A stretch of 64,000 nt of DNA from Lepidodermella squamata (lineage: Eukaryota; Animalia; Gastrotricha). The position numbers and the translations under genes are program-made. The first letter of the stretch is position 1. Each line of letters starts with the position of its first letter. The notes under the pieces were generated by a model. The model ran no database searches. It was not told where the DNA came from and saw only the letters and a program-made list of their open reading frames with translations. The stretch lies in contig JBLDXI010000074.1 in NCBI GenBank assembly GCA_047495785.1, positions 620,001 to 684,000 on the forward strand, written 5' to 3'. Positions 12,510 through 25,143 of this stretch are shown one piece after another.

Positions 12510-15500
12510 CTACTGGTCAACAACGTAGGTGTCACGCGAGTCGTTCAAATCGAAGCCGCCATCGACTTCCTCGAGCTGCTCGAGGTGGGCCTGGAACGCC
12601 TGCGCAGCGGCGCGCTGTTGAGCCCGCGTTTTCGTGGCGAACAACGGCGATTCGGGCACGGTTGGCGGAATGCGGTGGTGCTCGATTATCGTCGGCTTGT
12701 AGTGGCGAATCGGCTGAGCGTGATGAACCATACTCTTTCGCAATTTAGCCGCTTCTCTCTGAAAAGTTGAAATATAGGATATGTTATGATAGGTTATGAA
12801 AAAAAAATTATTTGTGAATTTTTGATATTTTCGCCAAATTTCTATTATTTGATGACATCAAATAAGTTTTCAAATTGCCTATGTATTTTTGACACAATTC
12901 TAAGCCCATATTAAAATAATACAAAGAATAATTCCCATGATCAAATTTTAACCCAGTTTTGATCCTGATTTGATATCACTGAAAACGTTGAAAAATTCTG
13001 AAAAAATCTCCAAAATTTTGAGTTGCCTATGTTCAGAATTTTTTTACTATTTTTCAGATAAGACACTATAACTAAATGCGTAGCTGTCCACAATGCGAAG
13101 ATCAGCCGACAAGCCAGCCCCAAATACTTTTCAAATTTTGAATGCTGGTAAACGTTTCACCGCCAGGATTTTCCTATTTTCTACTTTTTCTATTTTTCGG
13201 CGGATTTCAAGAAATATTCTAAAAAGCATACCCTCTCCTCCTCTTCGCGTTGTAGCTCAAGTTGGCGCTTAGCTTCTTCGATTTCTTCCTCGCGAGCCTT
13301 CAAATGCTCGTCGAAAGGCTTGCGATCTTCCGCCCTAACTGCGGTATGAAGCATGATAGGCAGCGGTTCTGTCAAAAACACGAAAAATGAATAGCTAAAC
13401 TCAGAATTAACACCATTTAATAATCAATAGTCACGGAATTTCATGAGAATAATTTCATTTTTTCAATTTTTCGATTGCAGTTTCAAAGTTCATGTCGAAA
13501 GTTATGAGGAGAATAGATGACAATAACTTACCAGTGGGCTCTCTGTGAGACTTCTCAGGAATAAATGGCACACTCAAATCAGGCATCGGTCTAGCTCTGA
13601 AGACGAACTGCTCCTCCGTCTCAAGCTGCATAATTTTCAACAACAGAATTAATCCAAGAAAACATAAAATCTCGCTGTTTTACTGTTAAGGAATCGGCAG
13701 TGGTACTCCAAGTGGTATGGGCAGCCAAGTTGCGATCCTCAGTCGCTAGATTGAAAGGCTCAGGTCTCGTTACAGGTTTCGGTTCAACATGAGGCAACCC
13801 TGTCACCGCATGAAGGTTCGGCAATGGTTTGGCTTTGAACTCTCGCATCTACAATAATATTTGAAATATAATAATATTGGTAGCTCGGGAAAATATTTCG
13901 CTACTTACGCGCTTTTCCTCATCGTAAACTTCTTGAATTTTGCGTTCTTTCATCGCTTTTCGCTGCTTGTCGTGTTCGTCGAAGGAAAATGGAGCTGGTT
14001 TAGTAACCTTATCGACAGGGCCCGATGTAGGGGCTACCGTCTTCTTAGGAGCCAGGCCAACAGTGCCTTTAAGTGCAGCCTTGCGCAATTTTTCACGTTT
14101 AGCTTTTTCCTCCTATCGTTATAAAAATTAATCATATAAGCGGAAACAAAAATAAACAATCTTAAAAACCTCTTCTCGAGCTGCTTGTCTAGCTTTCTCT
14201 GCTTCCTCCTGAAGCCGCTTCAAATCATTTTTCTGCCGAATGCGATCGCTCAGTTTGAAAGTCGGCGTTCTAGATTCCGTTGATCGCTTTTTCTTCACCC
14301 CACCGCCGCCGATTATCTCAGGTTTCTTCACTGGGATTTTAGGCTTTTCCTCCACTTTTGGCAGAGATTTCGCCTTGGTAATTGCAGGAACTGGGGCTGA
14401 TGAAGATTTTGCAGGCAACGCGTGTTTTGCGGCAGGTTTGACCTGTTTTGGCGCCTCGGGCTTTGAAGCAGGGACGGAAACGGTAGCTGCAGGCTTCAAA
14501 ACGTTTTTCGGCGCTGGGTGGGCTTTAAACCGATACCTAAACAAAAAATCACAATCAAATCGTAAAATTCATAGTATTAATCAAACTTTTTCATTTCTTC
14601 GGCAACTTTCTTTTGCTGCTCTTCGTAAGGTTCGTAATCAATAGGTTTCGTCGGAATTCGATGGGCGGCGAATTTCGGCGAAGTCGGAATCGTCAATTTA
14701 GGCTTTGGCGGCATTTTCGGCGATGATGTCAACCCAATAAGCGGCTTTTGCTTCTGCTGAATTTTCGCGATAGGGCTGGCGGCAGACGGTGCGGCGACCG
14801 GTTTTCGCTGAAAAGCAGCGACAGAAGCAGCAATGTTAGATCTGACTGCAGGTTTAGCTGCCGATTTCTTTGCACTGGCCGGTTGTTTCACCTCCGGGGC
14901 CGTCACTTTTTCTATGCAAATCGTGTCATTTGCAGAACCATTTTCTCCGTCCTTTTGATTGTTGGGTCTAAATAAGAAAACCTATTATGAATTATCTATT
15001 GCAGGATAGTTCATCCAACTTTTTAGCTGATGAAGCATTCGTATCACTTTTTGATTTGCTTCGAAGAGCCGGAGGCATTGTTTCAATAGGTGAAAGATTT
15101 AAAAGCATTTGCTTACGAGCAGGTTCGCTGACAAGAAAAATATTCTGTAACAAAATTAATCAAAAGATTATCAAAATACCTCTCAGCTAATTTCCGTTTA
15201 GCAGCAAAGTCATTAGTTGGTGTAGATTCAAGCATTTTCAAGCTTTCATCGTGGCTGCCTTCCGAGGATTGCCTATTCGATGAAGACGTCACACTATTTC
15301 GGCAAAGTTAAAGTTGCTGAACAAACTTGATATGTTGCTCTTCAGCTGCTACAACGCCAGGGGCACTTTTCCGCCTTTTGCTGCTACGAGTCTTTTTGTT
15401 TGAACGAGGAGCGACCCGTGGTCCAGGTGTTTTCGCAAGATTGATAACTGATTTACTCTCCAAACGGCTCCTGGGACATAACGTTACATACCACATGACG

Positions 15501-15978
15501 GTCACATCAAATTCTACTATACCTCTTCGTGGCTGACCTCAGAGACCTACTTAAAGGCGCTATATGCCAAAACAAAATAGCATAAGATATAAAAGAAGCA
15601 ATATAATGGCTATTACCATTAGAGACACTGGACAACGGAGCGGTTTCAACTTCAACAAACGTATCTTCATTTCCTTTTACAGGCGTATTCTGAACGGTGA
15701 AATCGGCATCTAAAAACAGCAGCAACGAGTTGGACTTGAAAACATTATTCAATTAAAGCAAACCTGCTGTGAATGTGGCCTCGGCAGACATGAATGTTTG
15801 TTGCGCACTTTTCGCTGTCATGAACGAATCATTTTCTGATTCTGACACATAGCTTACCTCCGAAGGCTCAGGTCGCGGCTAAAAAGCGAGTGAATTTCAT
15901 TTATGACATTGAAAAGATATACATCAAGATACATACATTAATTGATGCGCGGCTCGGCCGCCCTCGAACTTTCACCAT
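12510..15978 (-). CDS. TPX2: TPX2-like spindle assembly factor, multi-exon (start codon inferred: MVKVRGRPSRASIN)
   Basis: Repeated FKA-P motifs (FKAHP, FKAKPLP, FRARPMP), LTIPTSPKF, and C-terminal TPX2 domain (LHTAVRAEDRKPFD...LRKSMVHHAQPIRHYKP). Confidence 0.85.
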
Positions 15979-16926
15979 CCGTCTTGCGATTAAACAAAGC
16001 AAGTAATGCTAAAATAAGCAGTTGGAGATGAATCAGTAACAGGTAACAGTAGACAACGGGTTATTCGTTTTCAATAAGCAATAAGTAGTCAAAATAACCT
16101 TCCGTTTCAGGTTTCCACTTTCTAATATTCAATCGCGCATCAAAACCTACGAGTACGAGTCGGGATAAGACAGTGGTGAACTATACTGATATCAGCTCTC
16201 GGCTTTCGGCGAAGTAAAAATAACGGATGTGACATCGCTTCCGAAGTCGCGGTGAGTACAGACAGAAATAGCAAACCGAGGCATCAGACAAATGAGTAGT
16301 TACCTAAAGTATAAATCTTCGTTTCCCGTTTTCCGTTTTCCGCTCCCCATTCCTGTGCTGTTAGCAAGGTGCCGGAGGACATCAATCAATCAAAGGACGC
16401 CGCGCCCGCGGAGGTTAATCGGCTTCCGATTTTCGAAAATCGCGCCATCTTTTTAGTTTTGTTCAAAATATAGTATTTGGTCACAGTTAAAGTATTCCTA
16501 TCAATTTTAATAAAAACATGCCAATACCAATTTTGAACTGGCGTCATAACGCGCCAAACGGCGGTATTGGTTCGCTTTTGTTTTGGCTGTTTGAGTTTTA
16601 CATTTACACTGAGTCGCATCTGAATGCTGAGGTTGAGTGCAGAAGCAATGCATACTATTTAATATTCTGTAGCTGGTTTTCTATAGCCAACTTTTGGCGA
16701 TCGGATCGTGGATCTTTTATCAGCAATAACCATATAATGGCAGACATTTTTGTTAATCCTGTTATCGAATTGAGTCGTATCGTACCTACGAAACTTTGAT
16801 CACGAAACCCTCTGCTGGAAATTTTATCGTCTAAAGTCTAAATTGTGCATAACTTGAGCGATAAGGGTTCTTGATGGGTTAAAGTCATTCAGGAGCAAAA
16901 TAAGGGCATAGGAAGCAGGAAGCAAT

Positions 16927-16965
16927 GGTATAGTATAGTATAGTAGTATGGTATGGTATAGGAAT
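16927..16965. repeat. Degenerate (GTATA/GTATG)n microsatellite
   Basis: ggtatagtatagtatagtagtatggtatggtatagg. Confidence 0.7.
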
Positions 16966-17264
16966 GGTGGTCTGTTGAAATAAGTAACTGCTTTGAGCTT
17001 TGAAGTGTTGCTATGTACTCTTATTTATATACTTATCTCATTTACAGTTATTAGTCATTTGTAATTGCTTAATGAGCTGAAATAGGGATTGAATGTTTGA
17101 TCTGTAGGCCAAGCATAGGCCTTGGATCTACTGGTCTTGCTTATTTGCCAGGAGCCCATTTTGAATGAGTGTCATCTTGGAACTTGTTCGCTGTTCAATT
17201 TCTTATTTACCCAATGAAATCCTAAACTTATATTCCTCTCAGTTGAATATAGGCATTTTCAGCG

Positions 17265-18596
17265 ATGGTTAAAAATATCCGCGTTGTTCTTGTCGGCATG
17301 AAAGGCTGCGGGAAAAGCACTATCATCGGTCGCTTGTTATACCCTGATCGGCCTCAAATATTTGTCTCGTCAGATGAGGACATTCATGTTGCTGTAATAG
17401 AGACAGATCGTGGTACCAAAGAAAGGGTGAGACTGTTGGAAGTAAACATCGACGTGAGTCATGCGCATTCCTCGTTCTCGACTATTATTTGAATCATTCC
17501 TTGAAACAAATATATTGCAGCCAACGTCATCTATAGATATCCGTCAACAATTGGAAATGCTAAAACACTATTGGACTTGTGAAGCTTTCGTGTTAGTGAT
17601 CGATGTTACGAACGAAGAGAGTCTTCGCCTTGTCGAAAGCATTAAACAAGCCATCGAGAAAGCTAAAGAGAAGAAAGAAGTAAGACCTTTGTCATTACTT
17701 TGCCTCAATTATTATAACGGCGGTTTTTAGGCTGTTTTTATTCTAGTTGCCAATAAAACTGATCTAACCGGTGAACGAAAGTTAGACAGCGCAGACCTTC
17801 AAAAATGGGCTACTAAAGAAAAAGGTTTCTATTGAATTGATGTTAAAATTTTGCTCATATAATCATTAATTATTCTAGCTAAATTGGTCGAGACGTCCGC
17901 TTTCGATCGAGACTCTCTAGTCCCTCATTTTTGTGGGCTTATCTCGAAACTGGTTCAACCTCAAAGTAAGGTTTCAGCCGTATTTTTCATTTATTACCGA
18001 ATGTTTTGCTTGCCTAGAGATAGTAGTAATGTTTGGCGTGAATATAGCAGAATGTTGATTAACTCCTTGTTATTATAATCTTACACTGTGAATAGTCTCT
18101 GCTGTCAGTGGAGTTTACCCGCAAGCTTCATCGGCAGCGGGCACTTTCAGGCGTTCCTTTTCTTTCATTTCCGACCTATTGCCGTTTCAACGTCGTCGTC
18201 AACTCACGACGATGAGTAGTACGGCGCCTGTAGTCGGAGGTTTGTTTGAAGTGGCTGCTTTTTGGAAGCAGGAGGCTTTAATCGAGGCTTGCTAAAAATA
18301 TTAAAAATTCAACTCGAACCGCTAGACATTAATAATATCTGAGGTGATAGGGTCAATATCTCACATTATCATATCCATATCATTTTAACATAATATACCG
18401 CCAGCTTGCGAATCATAACTTGATTTAGTTAGAAGCATGTTTCTATAATTTTCCTGGTTAAGGGAAAATGTAACTTCATCTCACTTTGTTCATCGACTTT
18501 AATGCTTTGACTCCAATGTGTATTTATTTTCTAGAAAAAACCTGGATCGGCAAATCTGGCAAGTCGCAACAGGAAAGCAATCTCCCTTCAAAATGA
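17265..18596 (+). CDS. NKIRAS: NF-kappaB inhibitor-interacting Ras-like protein (kappaB-Ras); last exon uncertain
   Basis: P-loop GMKGCGKS, family-typical EDIHVAVIETDRGTKE, NKTD (G4), ETSA (G5), SKLVQPQ; no CAAX. Confidence 0.82.
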
Positions 18597-18750
18597 ATCA
18601 CGCCGTCTTTTCGAAAAATTATAATTTATATTATTTTCGTTTTATTGGCTATTTTGAAATAAAAATGATGTTGATTATTGGTTGTTATAATATTTTATCG
18701 CATCTTTGAGTGCCGTGTTCTATGCTAACGTAAAACTGAGTAAATCAAGT

Positions 18751-20170
18751 TCATCCAGAAACTGTTGATAGATCCGAAGCTGTGTAAGGGTATGCGAAAG
18801 GATGCCTGCCATTTGTGGCCAGATTCCCACTCGGTGCATAGTTACACACGTAGAAGACCGCGTTCGGATTTTTGCATACAGCCGCAGCACAGCCGACAAC
18901 TTGCGTCTTGGCCCAGATTATTTGCGTGTAACGACCCACGCGCGAATAAGTCAAGCCAGTATCGCCTGATTAATGCAAACAAGTAAGATATGTACTAGAT
19001 ATTCGCCTATTGGCTAACCGTAAGTGAAAGGTCCGGTTGTTTTTTCGTTCGACCATTGCGTGAAAGCTGTTTGAAAATTGACTGAATTTGTTCCGAGAGC
19101 GACATAAACGTTTTGCCCGACGTAATCGTAGAGTCCTATTATTGAGGCAATAAAAATTGATAAAATAGAATATGCTCTGTAGAGCTTGCCCTATCAGTAA
19201 AAAATATAGAGGTTGGGCGAGATTCTGATGCTACCTATTCTATCTATGAGCAGGAAATGGATCGTTAACAATCAAAGTGAAGTTCTCAACCTTTAGTTGT
19301 GAAGTCATAGTTCTCAAGCATAAAAACTAATTTCGAAAAATGTACGCTAAATATCCTGATTTTTGCGTCAGCTAACACGTCTATCTATATATTTACGTAA
19401 TATTCTTACTCCATCCATATCTGAGTTACTCAGAGGTGTAAGTATTTCCGTGCTAATTTTCCACAAATTGAGTTGATTCGAAAATACCTGGGGCTGTGAA
19501 ACTATTTTGCTAGTATCAGCTGCTCTTAAATTTACGCGAGCTAATCATTTTCTATTAATTTAAGCATTCAGATTATATTAAAATTAAATCGGTGAAATCA
19601 CCAGGAACTGATCGATAAGTGACTCGCTCGCTGAAGTTTCCGCATTGTGAAGCCCATCGTTGCGCCAAGTATGTCATCAGATAGTTCCAGCTCTGTGGAT
19701 GAAATTTTGTGGCAACGGTGTTAATTTCCACGCATTAACAGCAATCATACCAATAATCCCATGTCCTTTGCCCTTGGAACGACCGCAGCTCGTTGAACAT
19801 TATGCAAATTGACGATCGATGTTGAATCAAGAGCTTTGTATAAATTGTGATTAATTTGTTTCCCCCGCGAAAATAATTTGCAAAATTACTTCCAAATGAG
19901 ACAAAATTGTTATTGTTGTTAAGACACGACGTGTGAGGTGGGCCAACTCCGCCGAAACAATTTCCGCCCGTTCCTGTGGCTATGATCGGAGAGGCGGTAG
20001 TATAAACGACGAGCGTTCCTAAAATTCGGGAGAAAATAATGATGTGACCCAGCCAACTTTCGTCAATTTCTACCTGTCTGAGCAGCGCATCCTGCGACAT
20101 AGTCAACAAAGAAAACGTAAGCAAACCCAAGAACAAGGCCAATTAATAGGTAAATATCCTGGCCGAACAT
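18751..20170 (-). CDS. Secreted CAP/SCP (CRISP/Antigen5/PR-1) family protein, multi-exon
   Basis: Hydrophobic N-terminus ([21 protein letters not shown]), [61 protein letters not shown]. Confidence 0.88.
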
Positions 20171-20516
20171 CTTAAACTTGATAACTTGCACAACTTCTTA
20201 AAGGAAAATATTTTCTATTCAGCTGGTGGGGTGAATAACTTCTCGCCGCTCTAGACGTTGCCAGGTGAAAAATAATTATTAAATTAATGTTGTAATAAAC
20301 ACTATTAAAGCGACCTTCCCTCGACCAAAATTACTATCCCTTTGTAAACACCGCGCTATTCATGAAACGTCTCTGACATTTTGATTTTAAAATAAGAAAA
20401 AATAGCAACGTGATAGTTTTATTCACGCAACTGGTCTTTAAAATCACGGTAAGTCTTTTTTGCACATTGGGTGTCATCAATGTTTATACTGAATAAGCGC
20501 AACAAGACAGGAGATT

Positions 20517-22205
20517 TCAACGCAGGTTCTGATTCGATTTGAAAAGCAGGGAATTGGAGACGGACAGTGGCTGGTGCGAAGACGACATTTGGTGTGAAAA
20601 AGTGCGAACGGACGATGTGTAGGGATTCGACGCCTGATTCTGACTTCGCGGAGGAAGAGATGGACTTGCTGCAACGACAGACCTGAAATTTGCTCTTAAT
20701 AAGAAATCGAACATTTAAACTAATTCTTGATTGTTTACCCAGTTCTCCGACCATTACCGCTTAGAGGGCTGTCGAAAGATCCGACTGAGCAGTTGTCAGA
20801 TAAACCGGGGGTCATCAGTAACAATTCATTTCTCGTTTTTCCTTGAAACGCGGCAACAGAGATCCGTCCACTGAAAAGAATCGTCAGTCAAAACCAAATA
20901 GAACCGAATAGACTCGTGAAAATTACTTGGCAGAAATCGCAGGAGAGCTTGGAATGTTTGGATTTGGGTGTTTTAGTGACATTCGAGCGTCCGGCGTTCT
21001 CTTCGTGAAAGAAGGCTGTAAAGCGAATAAAATTAGCACATAATAATTTCCAAATTAATCTCAACCGAATTGCTTGTGGTGTGTGAAATATCCCGCCCGA
21101 AAGATGACGCAAATTGGCGCGAATTAGAGGCTGCAGGCATAAAAAGGTTATCAAGGAGGCTTCCTTCAACTTAAATCTCACCAGTCATCTCACGAATCGC
21201 ATCCAGAGCTTTATGGGATCCAATTGACTGAGTTGGTGAAGGTGAAGGAGATGGCATGAAGCTAGTATTCTGAATGTTCGAGCGGATAGGATTGACATTC
21301 GGAATACTAAACGTAGGAGTCGGTGATGCGAAGGAATTTGGAGGAAAATCAAAGGAAGCAGCTGACAAAGACTTTGACATATGACCATCATTAGCCGTTG
21401 CACGTGAAAACATGTTGGTCACAGATTGCGGACGTTTGTAGCTGTCAAGCTCGGTCTGTAGGCGCTTCAAGCTTTCTTCAAGCTCGCGAATTTTCGAATC
21501 CTTTGTTCTGTCAAGTCATAGAAATCAGTATCCATTAATTTTGAAGTATGGCCAATCACTTTTCGTTCAGTTGCATTTGTTCAATACGTTTCGTCATTTC
21601 GATGTACTGTCAAAATATAACATGTGTATTGATAATAAAGGCAAGCAAGACGCTGACCTCTTGTCGCAAGAATGTAATTAGCCTAGACTCATTCGATCTT
21701 TGAAACTCGGTGATCTAGAGAAAAAGCAATGCTTGATTAATAGTTCTCCATAAAATAGTTAGCCGAGTCTACTTTTGTGCACTCGCTGATTCGAGTTATA
21801 CACTCACGAATCGTTTCCATGTGCTTTTTCACTTCATCAGTGCAGTACGTGTACTGCTGGTGAACCTTCTCTCCGGGAACAAAAAACAAACGCACGTTCT
21901 CTTGCAGCTGAAAAATCGTTAGTTATTAGTATTTAGGTAAAAATGCCCCACAAATGACAAACCTCAGTAGAACAGATATCAACGGTAGCCACATTTTGAG
22001 TCTTGCATACTGAGCAAACTGAGCTTTTCAGCGCTAAGCAAAGCAGCTGTTAAAATAAATACATTTAAGGCAAATCAGAATAATAACCTTTAGCGTTGCA
22101 CGAAGCGCACATAATATGACCACAGCGCGAGAGAAAGAAAGTCCCAGATGCAGGAAACTTGCTCCAGAAATTGTGGCAAACATTACAGTGAATCCAGTGC
22201 GCCAT
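20517..22205 (-). CDS. RNF212: RNF212/RNF212B (Zip3/ZHP-3)-like meiotic RING E3 ligase, multi-exon
   Basis: Exons missed by the ORF track give MAHWIHCNVC...LSRCGHIMCASC...CSVCK RING, then LFF and a coiled coil (ITEFQ, LQTELDSYK) and an S/P-rich tail. Confidence 0.8.
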
Positions 22206-22979
22206 TGTCAACAAAATCGAACCAGAGATGAGATGCCAAAGCTACAGATACAACAGATACACGGAAGCCGCAAATCTTGTGCTGGTTTCCGGGGGTCCCA
22301 GTCTTCGCTTTCTTGGCATCTTGCCACGTGACTTTTAAATTTCGCGGTCCGAGGAATTGTTTCACACCTCTTTTTAATTTTTCTTTTATGGATTTTTAAT
22401 TGCGCTAAAAACAATGATTTATACCAGTCTATAATTAGCTTTAAAAAAATCGGCTTTGAATGTTGGGTTAGTAGCGGGTACCTTTTTAGGGTCAGTTGGG
22501 GGCCTTCGTGTGTCATCACGCGCCGGTTATCTGGAGTTTTATCTTCAGAAATGGCGTAGTGTGGAATCCAGATCCAGAAATCATACAAAAAACCATACCA
22601 ACTACCTCGGACACCTTACCGCAAGTATGAAGTATATGTTTACCTTTTACGCCTGATATGAGGACGAAATTATCAACTTATTAGTTGGGCGTCTTTTAAC
22701 AGTTGGACTTTGACCTTTGTACTTGCCTCACCTGATAACAAGGTCTTTCTATCATACTTGAAGTAATTTGTTTTCTACAGAGATAACTTCTATTCGTGCC
22801 CCACCAGCTGTTTTCAATGCATCATTCGATGATCACGTCACACATCTGGTGTTCGAATTGAAAACACCTATATTTTGACGATTACTTACTTCGTAACGAA
22901 CTGTCCACTGTCATTCTCTTTTCGCATAATATTCTCAATTTTATTCGCAATAATGGATTTCTTTACTTGAACGTTCCAA

Positions 22980-24003
22980 ATGTTAGGGCGTAATTTGAAG
23001 ATGGGTGCTGACGATCATCCTGCGAGCTCTGCATCTGAGCCAGCAAAGCCTGATGAAGCTGAAACTGTCGAATCTGATGTCACTGAAAAGAAGCCCAATC
23101 TCGCTGGACGCAATGCCGTAGCGGCCAAAATTCTTGCTAGTCAGTATAGCAGAGGTTTGAACATCATTATTTGTCAAATTTGTCCTATGTTTTGGTATGG
23201 CTTGTTTTAGAGAAACGATTACAAGAGACAATTTGCGTTTACGTGTCCATTGCTCTCATGATATATAATTTCGGATGCTTGATTTGGTATTTCGACAGTT
23301 CTCAGGCTTACATCATTCTTCCATGTGCTTGTAAGTTGAAAATTGATGAAATCGACTCCATAATTATCGCAATAATTTAGTGGCTGGCATTATTTCGGCC
23401 GATTTCGCCAGTGGCGTTGTGCATTGGGCTGCTGATTCTTGGGGTTCGGTTGATCTGCCAATTCTTGGCAAAAGTCTGCTGCGACCTTTCCGCGAGCATC
23501 ACGTCGATCCAACTTCAATTTGCCGTCACGATTTTATCGAGACCAACGGCGACGTATTCGCTGCTATTTTGCTTCCCCTCTCAATAATGACATGGCGCTT
23601 TCTGTTCTGGTCGGATGAAGAGATCATCGGTGTTTACAACCTTCACTGCTACTTATTTCTGCTGTCAGTCTTCGTTAGTATGACTAATCAGGTAAGAATG
23701 TTGTTGATAGATTTATGCTATAATTGAATTGTTCGTGTTTAGATTCATAAGTGGTCGCACACCTATTTCGGCCTGCCGTGGTACATCGAAGCGCTGCAGA
23801 AAATGCACATCATTTTGCCTAAGAAGCATCACCGCATTCATCACGTGTTTCCCCATGAAACCTACTTTTGCATCACCACTGGATGGCTGAATTACCCATT
23901 TGAAAGGATCGGCTTTTGGGACAAACTAGAGCATGGCATCACTTATCTTACCGGTGCGCAACCTCGATCCGATGATTTGCGTTGGTGTAAGAAGACGATG
24001 TGA
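22980..24003 (+). CDS. PEDS1: Plasmanylethanolamine desaturase (TMEM189/Kua), 4 exons; start may be 23001
   Basis: ADFASGVVHWAADSWG, RPFREHHVDPTSICRHDFIETNGD, HKWSH, HHRIHH, YFCITTGWLN. Confidence 0.95.
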
Positions 24004-25143
24004 AGCACTAACTGGTAAATAGTCAAAAGGGTATTTCAAAACAACTTCAACCTGATAGCCTGCTCTCTGTTAATCCCCATTGCAAGATCTACAAATCTTC
24101 CTTAGAAAGATGTTTTTTCGTTACTTGTTGATGATGATATTATCATGTCTAAAAAAGCTAGCTGTTACAACCCTGTTTTAGTGATACGCTTGTACTAGCA
24201 GAATTTTCATGCCTGCGCCTGACTCAATAACTGCTGTTACGCGAATTTATTTATTTTATTGCTTATTTCTCGGTGTCGCTCCTTGTCGGCCTTACAATTA
24301 GGACTTTGCCAGCTTGTCTCGGTGACACATTACTAAACAGCACCTGTCAAACTGAAATCGGAACCTATTCAAAAACGCTTAAAATCTACGTCGTTTTTGT
24401 TTGATTGTATCGAGTTTTTCATTCCACCGATAACTTGCTGATAGTTACATTATGCCTCGACCATGACTACAATGGGTGTAATGCTTTTGCCATGTACAAA
24501 ATGCTAAACTTTTATCGTATTGCTAATATTAGCTGCTGAATGGAAAAAACTGGTTAATTTTTGAGATTGTTTAGCCCTGAGAAATCAACTGCTGTCTGTT
24601 TTTAGTTCATTGTGATACACACGGTTTTGTTTGAGGCGAAAAATGGAACAAAAACAGAACAACTGATGATTTTAAATTTCTCTGTCGCCTTCTTTTACGC
24701 ACTATTCTACTTTCTTCTTCAAATTTTAAACAGCACTGGCCAATAATATTATAGTAAACGTCGTTTTTGAAGTCGCCATATCGTTTATTTCTCGCGTTTT
24801 TATTTGAGCCATGATTGTCTGGACCCTGGATTCGAGGCAAAATGACCGGCTTGTGTGCAAAGAAATCGGCTTGGACTGGTTTTTATGAAAGAAAAAGACA
24901 TGAAAAAGTATATTTCCTGTTTTACGCACAGCGTGATGATCTATAAAACTATCAAATTAGCTTCTATGCATATCGAATTCATAGGAACAAATATTTAACG
25001 AACTATATGCTGCTTAGATATTATTATTACTCTAACGACTAAACATTTGTTATATTTTCTGGAGAATAAACCGCTTAATCACGCTGGAGTAGTTGTTAGT
25101 TTTAATCAAGCTACAAATTTTAATTTATTTCTAGGGCTGATTA

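Noticed and set aside
23050-23072. CTGATGAAGCTGAAACTGTC hammerhead-like string
   Set aside because: Lies within PEDS1 coding sequence (PDEAETV) with no adequate stems
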